A stretch of DNA of 64,000 bases from positions 4,820-68,819 of the forward strand of contig CAYGXD010000004.1 of assembly GCA_964353705.1 (NCBI GenBank), read 5' to 3'. This DNA comes from an uncultured Eubacteriales bacterium. Lineage in GTDB: Bacteria; Acidobacteriota; Aminicenantia; Aminicenantales; UBA8522. Each line of letters opens with the position of its first letter. The first letter of the stretch is position 1. The position numbers and the translations under genes were made by a program. Below, piece after piece: positions 1-8,769 of the stretch. The notes below the pieces were generated by a model. It made no database searches, was not told the origin of the DNA, and saw nothing but the letters and a program-made list of their open reading frames with translations.

Positions 1-308
1 AGGCGACGATCGATCTGATGGAGGCGGATTTTTCACGGCTCAAGCATCACGCCGATTTCAACGTCGCGGCCATGAGCTTCAGCGCCGGAGAACTAGCGGC
101 GGAGATCAAAAAGCATATCCCCGACTTCCGGATCACCTACGAACCCGACTTCAGGCAGGCCATCGCCGACTCCTGGCCGGAGTCGATCGACGATTCCGCC
201 GCCCGCGAGGAATGGGGCTGGAGGCCGGATTACGATCTTTCCAGGATGACCAAGGATATGCTCAGCGTCCTCCAGAAACGCTTCCAGGATGGAACGCTGA
301 ATTATTAG
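1..308 (+). CDS. C-terminal fragment of an NAD-dependent epimerase/dehydratase family protein (L-threonine 3-dehydrogenase-like); the 5' end lies outside the window
   Basis: The frame is open from the window edge. The C-terminal sequence (...DFRITYEPDFRQAIADSWPESIDDSAAREEWGW...) resembles the C-termini of Tdh/UDP-sugar-epimerase-like extended SDRs. There is no N-terminus in the window. Confidence 0.45.
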   Translation, partial: ATIDLMEADFSRLKHHADFNVAAMSFSAGELAAEIKKHIPDFRITYEPDFRQAIADSWPESIDDSAAREEWGWRPDYDLSRMTKDMLSVLQKRFQDGTLNY

Positions 309-327
309 CCCGGGCCTCATTCACCGC

Positions 328-1701
328 CTAAAGCCGGACTTTTTCGGGCGGAGGTTCCCAGGCCGCTAGGAGCGAACGGTCGATCTGGATATTCAGCCAC
401 CGTTCCAGGGTTTGGATGACCAATTCTTTCTGGTCCAGGTCGCCGATCTTAACGCTGTGATTGCCGCCCGGCTGGACGACCTTGACGACGTCCAATCCTC
501 CCGCCGGCTGGATAGCGGCCGCCGTCCAGGGGTCGATACCGCCGTAGATATAGACGATGCGCTGGCCCTGGCTCTGGAGCCAGGGGATGACATCCTGCAT
601 GACCTCGGGCCGGAAGTCCAGGTCAACGCCTTGAGGGGTGAAGGCACGATAGTCTGGCCGGAGAACCACGTCCAAAAAGCCCTTGAGATGGTCATAGACA
701 TACGGACAATACCCGATCTCCGTATAGGCCTGATAGAAAAGCGGCTGAAAATAGAGGAAGCCCTCGTCGGAATAGTAGTAAGGTGAGGACACATCGACCA
801 GATGATCCAGGACCTGCTGGTCAGCGGCTTCCTTGCCGGGAATTCCGGCGCAGTCGCTCTCGGCTCCGTACTGCCAGAAGGCGAAGGGATACTCCAAAAC
901 GGTGTATTCGAATGCGGCCTCCTCGGGGATGATGGAAAACGCATAGTTTTTACCCTGATTATGTTGCCGGAAGAGCTCGAGCAGCCTGGCCCGACGGGAG
1001 AGGACGAGTCGCTGAAAGTCCCAGAGCTTCTGCCGGCAGCCGGCCGTTCCCACATGGGACAAGAAAGGCGCGAACCGGGGATCATCAGGATAAGGCATGA
1101 CCGGTGCGACATAGGCGACGGTCGCGTCCACATCGCCGGGATAGTAGCGGCGGTAGAACAAGGCCGTCATCCCGCCCTTGCTGGCTCCGGTGCTGACCCA
1201 TTTTCCGGGGAACAGGCTTCTCAGGGTATCCCGGATGCGATGCTGGTCGCCGGCCGCCTGACGGATGGTCAGGTATCTCCAATCAGGAGGGACGGCGTCA
1301 GGAAAGAAGCGATGGACCAGAAGGACTTGATTGGCCCGGAGGAGAGCGGATAGCTCGGGCTCAAAATTGCGGCTTATCCCGTAACCGGAAGTGTAAAAGA
1401 CCATCGGGGCGTCAGCGGAGCGATAGGAGAGATAGAAGCGCTGGGAGAAAGCTCCGGCGGCCGGGTTAGCGTGATCGACAAGCTGGGTGAAGTCGATCCG
1501 GAAAGATTGGGCGAAACCCTGGAGAGCCTGGATTTGTGTTACCTGGAAACCGGGCAGGGCCTGGAGTTTTTGGAGGAGGGTCTGCGGTTCGGGCTCATCT
1601 TCCTTGGGCGAGCAGGCTGGGAAAATGAGGCAGGACAGAAGGAATGCGGCGAGGGCCCAGCGGAAAGAGCCGTGCTTATTCCTGAGAAGGCCTTTGTTCA
1701 T
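328..1701 (-). CDS. secreted alpha/beta-hydrolase-fold serine peptidase (S37/S28-like)
   Basis: 457-aa ORF. It has an N-terminal hydrophobic signal containing Cys (lipoprotein-like) and a GxSxG nucleophile elbow (GASKGG). Its size and layout match secreted S28/S37 aminopeptidase-like hydrolases. Confidence 0.5.
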   Translation of the reverse strand: MNKGLLRNKHGSFRWALAAFLLSCLIFPACSPKEDEPEPQTLLQKLQALPGFQVTQIQALQGFAQSFRIDFTQLVDHANPAAGAFSQRFYLSYRSADAPMVFYTSGYGISRNFEPELSALLRANQVLLVHRFFPDAVPPDWRYLTIRQAAGDQHRIRDTLRSLFPGKWVSTGASKGGMTALFYRRYYPGDVDATVAYVAPVMPYPDDPRFAPFLSHVGTAGCRQKLWDFQRLVLSRRARLLELFRQHNQGKNYAFSIIPEEAAFEYTVLEYPFAFWQYGAESDCAGIPGKEAADQQVLDHLVDVSSPYYYSDEGFLYFQPLFYQAYTEIGYCPYVYDHLKGFLDVVLRPDYRAFTPQGVDLDFRPEVMQDVIPWLQSQGQRIVYIYGGIDPWTAAAIQPAGGLDVVKVVQPGGNHSVKIGDLDQKELVIQTLERWLNIQIDRSLLAAWEPPPEKVRL

Positions 1702-1892
1702 TAGCCTGACGAGCCGTCCATCTCGTGTTCTGTCACTTCATTTATACCAGATTGCGTCCCTGAATGGGAGTCTTCCGGGACGGCGCCGCCTGCCCGAAGC
1801 CCCTCCGGCAGCAGGTTCATTCATCCTCGGAACCGGCCTCAAGCTTGAAAATCGCCTCCTTTTTGTTTAGAGTCCTGGCGAGGAGATAAATA

Positions 1893-2900
1893 ATGACAAG
1901 AAGACCGATCCGGCTTTCTATGCTAGTGGCGGCGCTAATCCTCCTACCCTGTCTTCAGTCCGTTGCCCAGACAAAGGGCCGCCCCGCCCACACCTTTTCC
2001 ATCGTCGCGATCGATAAGAAAACCGGCGAGATGGGAGCCGCCGTGCAGTCCCACTGGTTCTCAGTCGGCTCCTCGGTCATCTGGGCCGAGTCCGGAGTTG
2101 GCGCGATCTGCACACAGTCTTTCATCGAGGCTTCCTACGGACCTCTCGGGCTCGAGCTCATGCAGGCCGGAAAAACCGCTGAAGAAGCTTTGGCTGGACT
2201 TCTCCGGGCGGATAAGTATGAAGCCGTCCGCCAGGTCGCCATGCTCGACAATCAAGGAAGGGTGGCCGCCCACACGGGAAAAAACTGCATCCCGGAAGCC
2301 GGTCATTTTAGCGGCGACGGATTCAGCTGCCAGGCGAACCTCATGCTTAAGAACACGGTTTGGAACGCGATGGCGAAGGCTTTCGAAGCGACCGAGGGAG
2401 AACTCGTGGACAGGCTGATGGCCGCGCTCGAGGCGGCTCAGGATGAGGGCGGTGACATCCGGGGAAAGCAGTCGGCGGCTATCATTGTCGTCAAGGGAAA
2501 AAGCTCGGGAGCCTGGTGGAAGGACAGGGTCTATGATTTGCGCGTCGAGGACAACCCGGCTCCGCTCGTCGAGCTCAAGCGGCTGATCCGGTTGAACAAG
2601 GCCTACAACTTTATGAACAAGGGCGACGAACTGCTGACTGAGAACAAGGTTGAAGAGGCCATGAAATCTTACACCCAGGCGATGGATATGTATCCGGACA
2701 ACACTGAGATGGTCTTCTGGCCGGCCGTCACCCTGGCCTCGACAGGCAAGGTCGAAGAAAGCCTTCCCTTGTTCAAGAAGGTATTCGCCATGGACACCAA
2801 CTGGGCTATCCTGGTGCCTCGGCTTCCGCAGGTCGGCCAGCTGCCCAAGGACAAGGGGCTGATCAAAAAGATCCTGGCCCAGGCGCCCAAAAAGCAGTAA
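1893..2900 (+). CDS. DUF1028 family Ntn-hydrolase-like protein with a C-terminal TPR region and a signal peptide
   Basis: A GAGGAG Shine-Dalgarno precedes the ATG. A signal peptide is present. The core (FSIVAIDKKTGEMGAAVQSHWFSVGSSVIWAESGVGAICTQSF) is typical of DUF1028. The C-terminal about 100 aa is TPR-like (KAYNFMNKGDELL...AMKSYTQAMDMYPDN). Confidence 0.6.
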   Translation: MTRRPIRLSMLVAALILLPCLQSVAQTKGRPAHTFSIVAIDKKTGEMGAAVQSHWFSVGSSVIWAESGVGAICTQSFIEASYGPLGLELMQAGKTAEEALAGLLRADKYEAVRQVAMLDNQGRVAAHTGKNCIPEAGHFSGDGFSCQANLMLKNTVWNAMAKAFEATEGELVDRLMAALEAAQDEGGDIRGKQSAAIIVVKGKSSGAWWKDRVYDLRVEDNPAPLVELKRLIRLNKAYNFMNKGDELLTENKVEEAMKSYTQAMDMYPDNTEMVFWPAVTLASTGKVEESLPLFKKVFAMDTNWAILVPRLPQVGQLPKDKGLIKKILAQAPKKQ

Positions 2901-2937
2901 CTGTCCGATCGTTTGAGAATTCCGATAGGGAGGTCAG

Positions 2938-4320
2938 ATGTCAAAGCTATCAGCGGCTAACTTGAAGCGAAGGGAATTCTTGAAGACCGGGTTGGTGGCA
3001 GGGCTTGGAACCGCCTTTGGAAAATCGGCCCTGGCCGGACGCAATATCGTATCCTCGCCCGGCCTTGGATCAACCGGAGACACCTTGATCGAGTTCAAGG
3101 TTCCCCCCATAGATCCCGTCCGCATCGGGTTCGTCGGCGTCGGCGGCATGGGCTCGGCCCATGTGCGGAATTTCCTGAAGATCGAGGGCGCCGAGATAAG
3201 GGCGGTCTGCGACATCGTCGAAGAGAAAGTGGCCCGGATCCAGACCTGGTGTGAGGAGTCGGGCCGGCCCCGGCCCGAAGGCTACTCCCGGGGGGATTGG
3301 GATTTCAAGCGGCTCTGCGAGCGGGATGACATCGACCTCGTCTTCACGGCCACTCCGTGGGAATGGCATGTGCCGGTCTGCCTGGAGGCCCTGAAATCCG
3401 GTAAGCACGCCGCCACCGAGGTCCCCGCGGCCTACACGATCGAAGACTGTTGGGCGCTCGTCGAAACGGCCGAGAAATCACGGCGCCACTGCCTCATGAT
3501 GGAGAACTGCTGCTACGACCGGCCCGAGATGCTCTGCCTGAACCTCGTCAAGAAAGGTCTGCTGGGAGAGATCATCCACGCCGAAGCCGGCTACCTCCAC
3601 GACCTGCGCGGGGTTAAATTCAGCGGCGCCGGCGAAGCTCTGTGGCGGCCCCAGCACTCGGTCAAACGAAACGGAAACCTCTACCCCACCCACGGGTTGG
3701 GCCCGGTCAGCCAGTGCCTGGATATCAACCGCGGCGACCGTTTCGACTATCTCGTCTCGATGAGCAGCAAGTCGATCGGGCTTAACCTTTACTGCGCCAA
3801 GAAATTCGGGCCGGACAGTCAACAGGCCAAGCAAAAATACGCTCTCGGGGACGTCAACGTTTCGCTCATCCACACGGTCAACGGCAAGGTCATCACGCTC
3901 TACCACGACACCTCCTCTCCTCGGCCCTATAGCCGCATCCATATCGTCCAGGGCACACAGGGGATCTTCGAGAAGTACCCGGACCGGGTCTATATCGAAG
4001 GCCGCAGCCCGGCGGACGAGTGGGAAACACTCGAAAGCTACTATATCGAACACGACCACCCCGTCTGGAAACGGCTCGAGCAGCAGTCGAAAGGCGCCGG
4101 CCATGGAGGAATGGACTTCATCGAGGACTACCGGCTGGTCGAAGCCCTGCGCGGCGGCCGGCCGCTTGATCTGGATGTTTATGACGCAGCCGCCTGGAGC
4201 GTTGTCACACCGCTCAGCGAAGGGTCCGTCGGCAAGCGCGGCCGGCCGGTGGATTTCCCTGATTTCACCCGCGGCGGATGGAAAACCCCGCGGCCCCTCC
4301 ACGTGATGGAGGTCACCTAA
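2938..4320 (+). CDS. Tat-secreted Gfo/Idh/MocA family NAD-binding oxidoreductase (GH109-like)
   Basis: A twin-arginine motif (RREFLKTG) sits at the N-terminus. A Rossmann motif (GFVGVGGMGSAH) and the Gfo/Idh/MocA C-terminal fold follow. The overall layout is that of GH109 alpha-N-acetylgalactosaminidase-like enzymes. A GGGAGG Shine-Dalgarno lies upstream. Confidence 0.65.
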   Translation: MSKLSAANLKRREFLKTGLVAGLGTAFGKSALAGRNIVSSPGLGSTGDTLIEFKVPPIDPVRIGFVGVGGMGSAHVRNFLKIEGAEIRAVCDIVEEKVARIQTWCEESGRPRPEGYSRGDWDFKRLCERDDIDLVFTATPWEWHVPVCLEALKSGKHAATEVPAAYTIEDCWALVETAEKSRRHCLMMENCCYDRPEMLCLNLVKKGLLGEIIHAEAGYLHDLRGVKFSGAGEALWRPQHSVKRNGNLYPTHGLGPVSQCLDINRGDRFDYLVSMSSKSIGLNLYCAKKFGPDSQQAKQKYALGDVNVSLIHTVNGKVITLYHDTSSPRPYSRIHIVQGTQGIFEKYPDRVYIEGRSPADEWETLESYYIEHDHPVWKRLEQQSKGAGHGGMDFIEDYRLVEALRGGRPLDLDVYDAAAWSVVTPLSEGSVGKRGRPVDFPDFTRGGWKTPRPLHVMEVT

Positions 4321-5071
4321 GCACGATCTTCCGGCCTTCCCAGTCGACGACCTTCATCTTCATGTCATAGACGCGCTCGAGGAGGGAATCTTCAAAAATC
4401 TCCGCGGATTTGCCGTGGGCCACCACTTCTCCCCCCTTCATGAAGACCATCTGGTCGGAGTGCTGGACGGCCATCTCCAGGCTGTGCAGGGTGACGAGGA
4501 TCGTCTTCATCTTCTCCACGGCCAGCTTCCTGATGAGTTGGAAAAGCTCGGTCTCGTGCTTGGGGTCGAGGAAGGTGGTCGGCTCGTCCATGAGGAGGAT
4601 GTCCGATTGTTGGGCCAGGGCCCGGGCGATGAGGACAAGCCGGCGCTCCCCGCTGCTGAGCTCGCTTATGGCACGGTCGGTATAATTGGACAAGCCGACG
4701 AAATCGAGCGCTTCGGCCGCGGACCCGGCATCCTCATGGGACGGCAGGGCGAAAGGCGAGATATAAGCGGCCCGCCCCATCAAAACAAAATCCGAGACGG
4801 TGTAATTGAATGTCGTGTCGTGTTCCTGGGGGACGTAGCAGACAAGCCGGGCCCTCTCCCGGCTCTTCAAGCCAGCCAGGTCCCGTCCGTTAACGGACAC
4901 GGAACCTTTGGGTATCGGAAGGATCGCTCCGATGCACTTCAGCAAGGTCGTCTTCCCGGCCCCGTTCGGCCCGACGATCGCGGTGATCTTGGCGGTCTCG
5001 AAAGCGAGCCCCTCGATCCGGAGAGAAAATTTAGGGTAAGCGAACTTCAGCCCGGCGACTCGAACGCTCAC
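4313..5071 (-). CDS. ABC transporter ATP-binding protein, iron-chelate/cobalamin (FecE/BtuD) type
   Basis: Walker A (GPNGAGKTTLL), the ABC signature (LSSGERRL) and Walker B (ILLMDEPT) are present. The start overlaps the permease stop (ATGA). Confidence 0.8.
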   Translation of the reverse strand: MSVRVAGLKFAYPKFSLRIEGLAFETAKITAIVGPNGAGKTTLLKCIGAILPIPKGSVSVNGRDLAGLKSRERARLVCYVPQEHDTTFNYTVSDFVLMGRAAYISPFALPSHEDAGSAAEALDFVGLSNYTDRAISELSSGERRLVLIARALAQQSDILLMDEPTTFLDPKHETELFQLIRKLAVEKMKTILVTLHSLEMAVQHSDQMVFMKGGEVVAHGKSAEIFEDSLLERVYDMKMKVVDWEGRKIVLR

Positions 5072-6087
5072 AACCAGACCTTCCTCGTCTTCTTCAGAAG
5101 GACTAGAAAAATGGGGATGCCGACAAGGCTGGTAAAAATGCCGATCGGGATTTCGAACGAAGAGACCCCCCGGATGATGTCATCGGCGATCATCATAAGG
5201 CTCGCTCCCAGCGCCGCGGAGAGCGGGACGACCCGCCGGTTGTCGGCCCCGAACATCATCCGCACGAGGTGCGGGACTATGAACCCGAGCCAGCCGATGA
5301 TGCCGACGATGGCCGTCGCCGCGGCCGTGATCAGGGTTGTTGCCGCAATAACCAGGATCTTCTCCCGGAGGACGTTGACGCCCAGCGAGCGGGCTTCCTC
5401 ATCGCTCATCGAGAGAACGTTCAGACGCCAGCGGAGGCGATAAAGGATCACCAACCCCACGGCGATGAGCGGCAGGGAGATATAGAGATCCTGCCAGGAA
5501 GCGAGGGACAGGCTGCCCATCAGCCAGAAAAAAAGCGCCTGCAGGACATAAGGGCTGGCAAAGAACTCGACCAGAGAGAGGAGGGCCGAAAAGAAGGCCG
5601 TGACGATAATGCCGGTCAGGAGGAGCGAGATGAAGTGGGACTCGCCTTTCCCGGAAATCAGCAATACGGCTCCCACCGCGACCACGGCAAAAATGAACCC
5701 CGCCACCTGGGGAGGGAAGGCTTTTCCCAAAAAAACAAGGGACAGGGCCGCCCCGAAGGCCGCTCCGGAGGAAATGCCCAGGATGTATTCATTGACCAGA
5801 GGGTTCTTGAAGAGCGCTTGGAGCGAAGCCCCGGAGACGGAAAGGGCGGCTCCCACGGCCATGGCCAGGAGGACGCGCGGCAGCCGGATGCGCAGCAGAA
5901 TGTCGCGGTAGGCGGCGGGCACACCCGGATGGGAGTCGGGCGAAATGACGGAGAGCACGGCTTGGAACAGTCCGCGCGGCGAGATACCATAGCTGCCGAT
6001 GCCCAGCGAAATCAGAAAAAGGAACAGCGGCAAGACCAGGAGGAAGATGGCCAGTCCCCTGGCCCGGCTATTTTTCTGTCCACTCAT
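5068..6087 (-). CDS. FecCD-family iron-chelate ABC transporter permease
   Basis: 339 aa, multi-TM, with a typical BtuC/FecCD architecture. It is coupled to the downstream ATPase gene. Confidence 0.8.
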   Translation of the reverse strand: MSGQKNSRARGLAIFLLVLPLFLFLISLGIGSYGISPRGLFQAVLSVISPDSHPGVPAAYRDILLRIRLPRVLLAMAVGAALSVSGASLQALFKNPLVNEYILGISSGAAFGAALSLVFLGKAFPPQVAGFIFAVVAVGAVLLISGKGESHFISLLLTGIIVTAFFSALLSLVEFFASPYVLQALFFWLMGSLSLASWQDLYISLPLIAVGLVILYRLRWRLNVLSMSDEEARSLGVNVLREKILVIAATTLITAAATAIVGIIGWLGFIVPHLVRMMFGADNRRVVPLSAALGASLMMIADDIIRGVSSFEIPIGIFTSLVGIPIFLVLLKKTRKVWL

Positions 6088-7177
6088 GGAGATCCAACGA
6101 TTTTACCAGCTTCGAGAAGATATCCTTCTTTAGGTAGAACATCTCATAAATGGCGTTCCCTTCCTTCTCAAGGTCGAGCCCGTCGAATTTCTCGGGATGA
6201 AAAAGCTTCGCCAGGTAAAGGGCTTCGACAAGCACTCCGGCCGGGTCCCACCAGTACCAGAAGCCCAGGGTGTAATGGACCCGTTTCTGCCTTATCGCCC
6301 GGATGGAGCCGAGCCGCCTGTCTTGCAACACCCCCTCGACCGTGACCTGCCTTTCCCGGGGAAGAAAGCTCCCCTGGATCAGTATGATTTCCGGATCCCA
6401 CTTGAGGATCTGCTCAACGGTGATGACCGTCCCGATAGTCCCAAGATGGGGGGGCAGCAGATTTTCCGCGACGTTCCTCCCGCCGGCCGTCTGGACGGGC
6501 TCGTAAAAGACGGGCGTGCGGACGAGCGACGACCAGAAAGCCAGGTAGGTCTTCGGCCTGGCCTCGAAGGCGATCGGCCCGATAGATTCGGTGATGGATC
6601 GGATTTTCTCCCGGAAATACTGCCGGAGCTCACTGGCCCTTTCCGGCCGGCCGGCCAGGACACCGATGAGACCTATTTCCTCGAGAAGACCATCGTAGCT
6701 TCCCATCGAGGCGAGCGCCGCAACGGGGATCCCGAGGCTGCGCTGGATGGAATCGGCCAGCTGCAGCTCGGTCGGAGAAGTGAAGACGATGTCCGGGTCG
6801 AGGCGCAGGATTAGCTCCTTGTTGACGCTTTCGTCCGGCATGGAGACGACCGGCAGTCCCGTTCCACCGGGGAAGAGGATCTTGAACAGGTGGTCGTCCC
6901 GGCCCACGAAATAGTCCAGGCCCACTAGCCGGTCGGCGACGCCGAGGGCGACGAGGATCCGGGTGATCTCGGGTTGGAGGGAAAGGATTCGCTCGACCCG
7001 GGAAGGAACGACGACGGTCCGATGGAGCCTGTCCTTTATGGTCTGGCCTTGGCTCGAAGTGAGAACGCCGGCCAAAAGGAAAAAGAGGGAGACAGCAATG
7101 AATATTTTGAGCAATTTGGGAATATCGACGCTCCTGCTCAGGTTCTTAACGCCGTTCTCGAAACGCTCGCTATACAT
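6068..7177 (-). CDS. periplasmic substrate-binding protein of the iron-siderophore/cobalamin ABC transporter
   Basis: This is a class III (helical backbone) PBP-like sequence with a signal peptide after MYSERF... The ORF-track start at 7342 adds an R/S-rich N-terminus with no signal peptide, so I prefer the internal ATG at 7177. Confidence 0.6.
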   Translation of the reverse strand: MYSERFENGVKNLSRSVDIPKLLKIFIAVSLFFLLAGVLTSSQGQTIKDRLHRTVVVPSRVERILSLQPEITRILVALGVADRLVGLDYFVGRDDHLFKILFPGGTGLPVVSMPDESVNKELILRLDPDIVFTSPTELQLADSIQRSLGIPVAALASMGSYDGLLEEIGLIGVLAGRPERASELRQYFREKIRSITESIGPIAFEARPKTYLAFWSSLVRTPVFYEPVQTAGGRNVAENLLPPHLGTIGTVITVEQILKWDPEIILIQGSFLPRERQVTVEGVLQDRRLGSIRAIRQKRVHYTLGFWYWWDPAGVLVEALYLAKLFHPEKFDGLDLEKEGNAIYEMFYLKKDIFSKLVKSLDLHEWTEK

Positions 7178-7196
7178 ACTAAGAATGCTCGTTTCC

Positions 7197-7853
7197 TTAT
7201 TGAAAAACGAGTCGGCCGAAAAACTCGGGGCGATGGAAATCCGGCTGCGGCGTCCGGACCGGGCTCCAGGCGCCGTAATGGGGGACCTCCGTCTCATCGC
7301 CGCACTTGTAGAAATTCGCCCGGGCCGAATGTCCGGGCTCAATCCTGCCTCCGTAGTGTTTTTCGAACAAGCTCAAGGGAAGCTTATAGGCCAGGGTCCA
7401 GAACTCGGCGCCGTGATACCCTGAAATAGGACTTTTAACCGAACTGACAATCTCCAACCCAGTCAGGTCGGCCTCCGGTATCGGCGTCCGGTGGCCGCGG
7501 TCCAGCCCAATCGCTGCGAGCACGGCGCCGAGGGCATTCGTCTCGATGTTGACATAGCCGATCCCTTTTTCCGGGAACGGATCGATAAACATCTCGACAC
7601 AGCTGTCCTTGTAAACGGGGTCCTGAAAACGCGTGAACCGGACTCTGATCCTGGATTCGAAGACATCGAAATGCACAAAAAGACTCCGGACATTGTAGCA
7701 TAGCCTGACATCGACGCGCGGCCTGTAGCCGTTGTCGAGCCAGAGATAGTGGTTGATCTTGAGAGCGGGGATAGAGCTCCAGAAGGAGGGTTCTACGGGA
7801 ACCGGGAAATCCTTCTCCACTCTGGTAATGCGGTATTCGGGCGGGTCATCCAT
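7197..7853 (-). CDS. carbohydrate-binding family 9-like (CBM9/DOMON-like) domain protein
   Basis: 218 aa. The sequence pattern (...WLDNGYRPRVDVRLCYNVRSLFVHFDVFES...YVNIETNALG...) resembles the CBM9-like family. Confidence 0.45.
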   Translation of the reverse strand: MDDPPEYRITRVEKDFPVPVEPSFWSSIPALKINHYLWLDNGYRPRVDVRLCYNVRSLFVHFDVFESRIRVRFTRFQDPVYKDSCVEMFIDPFPEKGIGYVNIETNALGAVLAAIGLDRGHRTPIPEADLTGLEIVSSVKSPISGYHGAEFWTLAYKLPLSLFEKHYGGRIEPGHSARANFYKCGDETEVPHYGAWSPVRTPQPDFHRPEFFGRLVFQ

Positions 7854-7866
7854 GGAAGTTCCCGCT

Positions 7867-8703
7867 TTAGAGTGGCGGCCGGCCGGGAGTCTCTTTTAGG
7901 AATTCCGGCAGGGCAAAGGCCGCCCTATGGACCTCGGCATTGTAGTATTTCATGTTTCTCGGAATATCCCGGCGCAGTCGTTTCAGCGGGTCCACCCGGT
8001 CGGAAAGAAAAGCATAGCACCAGAGACCGCCGGGATATGTCGGCGTCGGCCCAAGATAGTAGACGGCATAAGAAAAGAGTTCTTTCAGGAAAACCCTCTT
8101 CCGAAGCAAGTGCTCCAGGTAGAAGAGCGGCGCGCCCGCCTGGGCGGCTATGACTCCACCCGGCCGCAGGCAACTCTTGAGTGCCGCATAAAAATCCTTT
8201 TGATGAAGGACGGCCGAAGGTCCAACGGGATCGGAAGAATCAACCAGGATAACGTCAAACCGGCGGCCCGTCTCCCGGATATACCGGTTTCCGTCACCAA
8301 TTACGATCTCGGCCCGTCTGTCTCCGAACGACGAGGACAGCCCGGGAAAGTGTTTCCGGCAGGCCTCGATCACCCGGGGATCGATCTCCACGAGCACGGC
8401 GCTTCTGACCCTATGGCGCAGCACTTCCCGGAGCGTCCCCCCATCTCCGCCCCCGATGATCAGAACCTCCTGGGGCCGCGGGTGGGCCATCATGGCCGGA
8501 TGGACGAGCATCTCATGGTAGAAAAACTCGTCCTTCTCCGTCGTCTGGACGAGGCCGTCGAGGAACAGTACCCGGCCGTGGGATGCGGTCTTATAGATCT
8601 CCATCTTCTGGTAGGGAGTCCTCTCGGAGAGCAGCCGGCGCTTGGCCCGGAAGAAGATCCCGCTTCCTGGAGTGTGGAATTCACGGATCTCGGACGCTTT
8701 CAT
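7867..8703 (-). CDS. speE: polyamine aminopropyltransferase (spermidine synthase)
   Basis: The motifs VLIIGGGDGGTLREVLRH, VEIDPRVIEACRKHFP and ILVDSSDPVGPSAVL are typical of SpeE. Confidence 0.8.
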   Translation of the reverse strand: MKASEIREFHTPGSGIFFRAKRRLLSERTPYQKMEIYKTASHGRVLFLDGLVQTTEKDEFFYHEMLVHPAMMAHPRPQEVLIIGGGDGGTLREVLRHRVRSAVLVEIDPRVIEACRKHFPGLSSSFGDRRAEIVIGDGNRYIRETGRRFDVILVDSSDPVGPSAVLHQKDFYAALKSCLRPGGVIAAQAGAPLFYLEHLLRKRVFLKELFSYAVYYLGPTPTYPGGLWCYAFLSDRVDPLKRLRRDIPRNMKYYNAEVHRAAFALPEFLKETPGRPPL

Positions 8704-8769
8704 GATGGGCCTTCCTCGACGAAATTATAGTGATGGCGCTCGAAGCTTGTCAATCGCCGCCAAGGAAGA

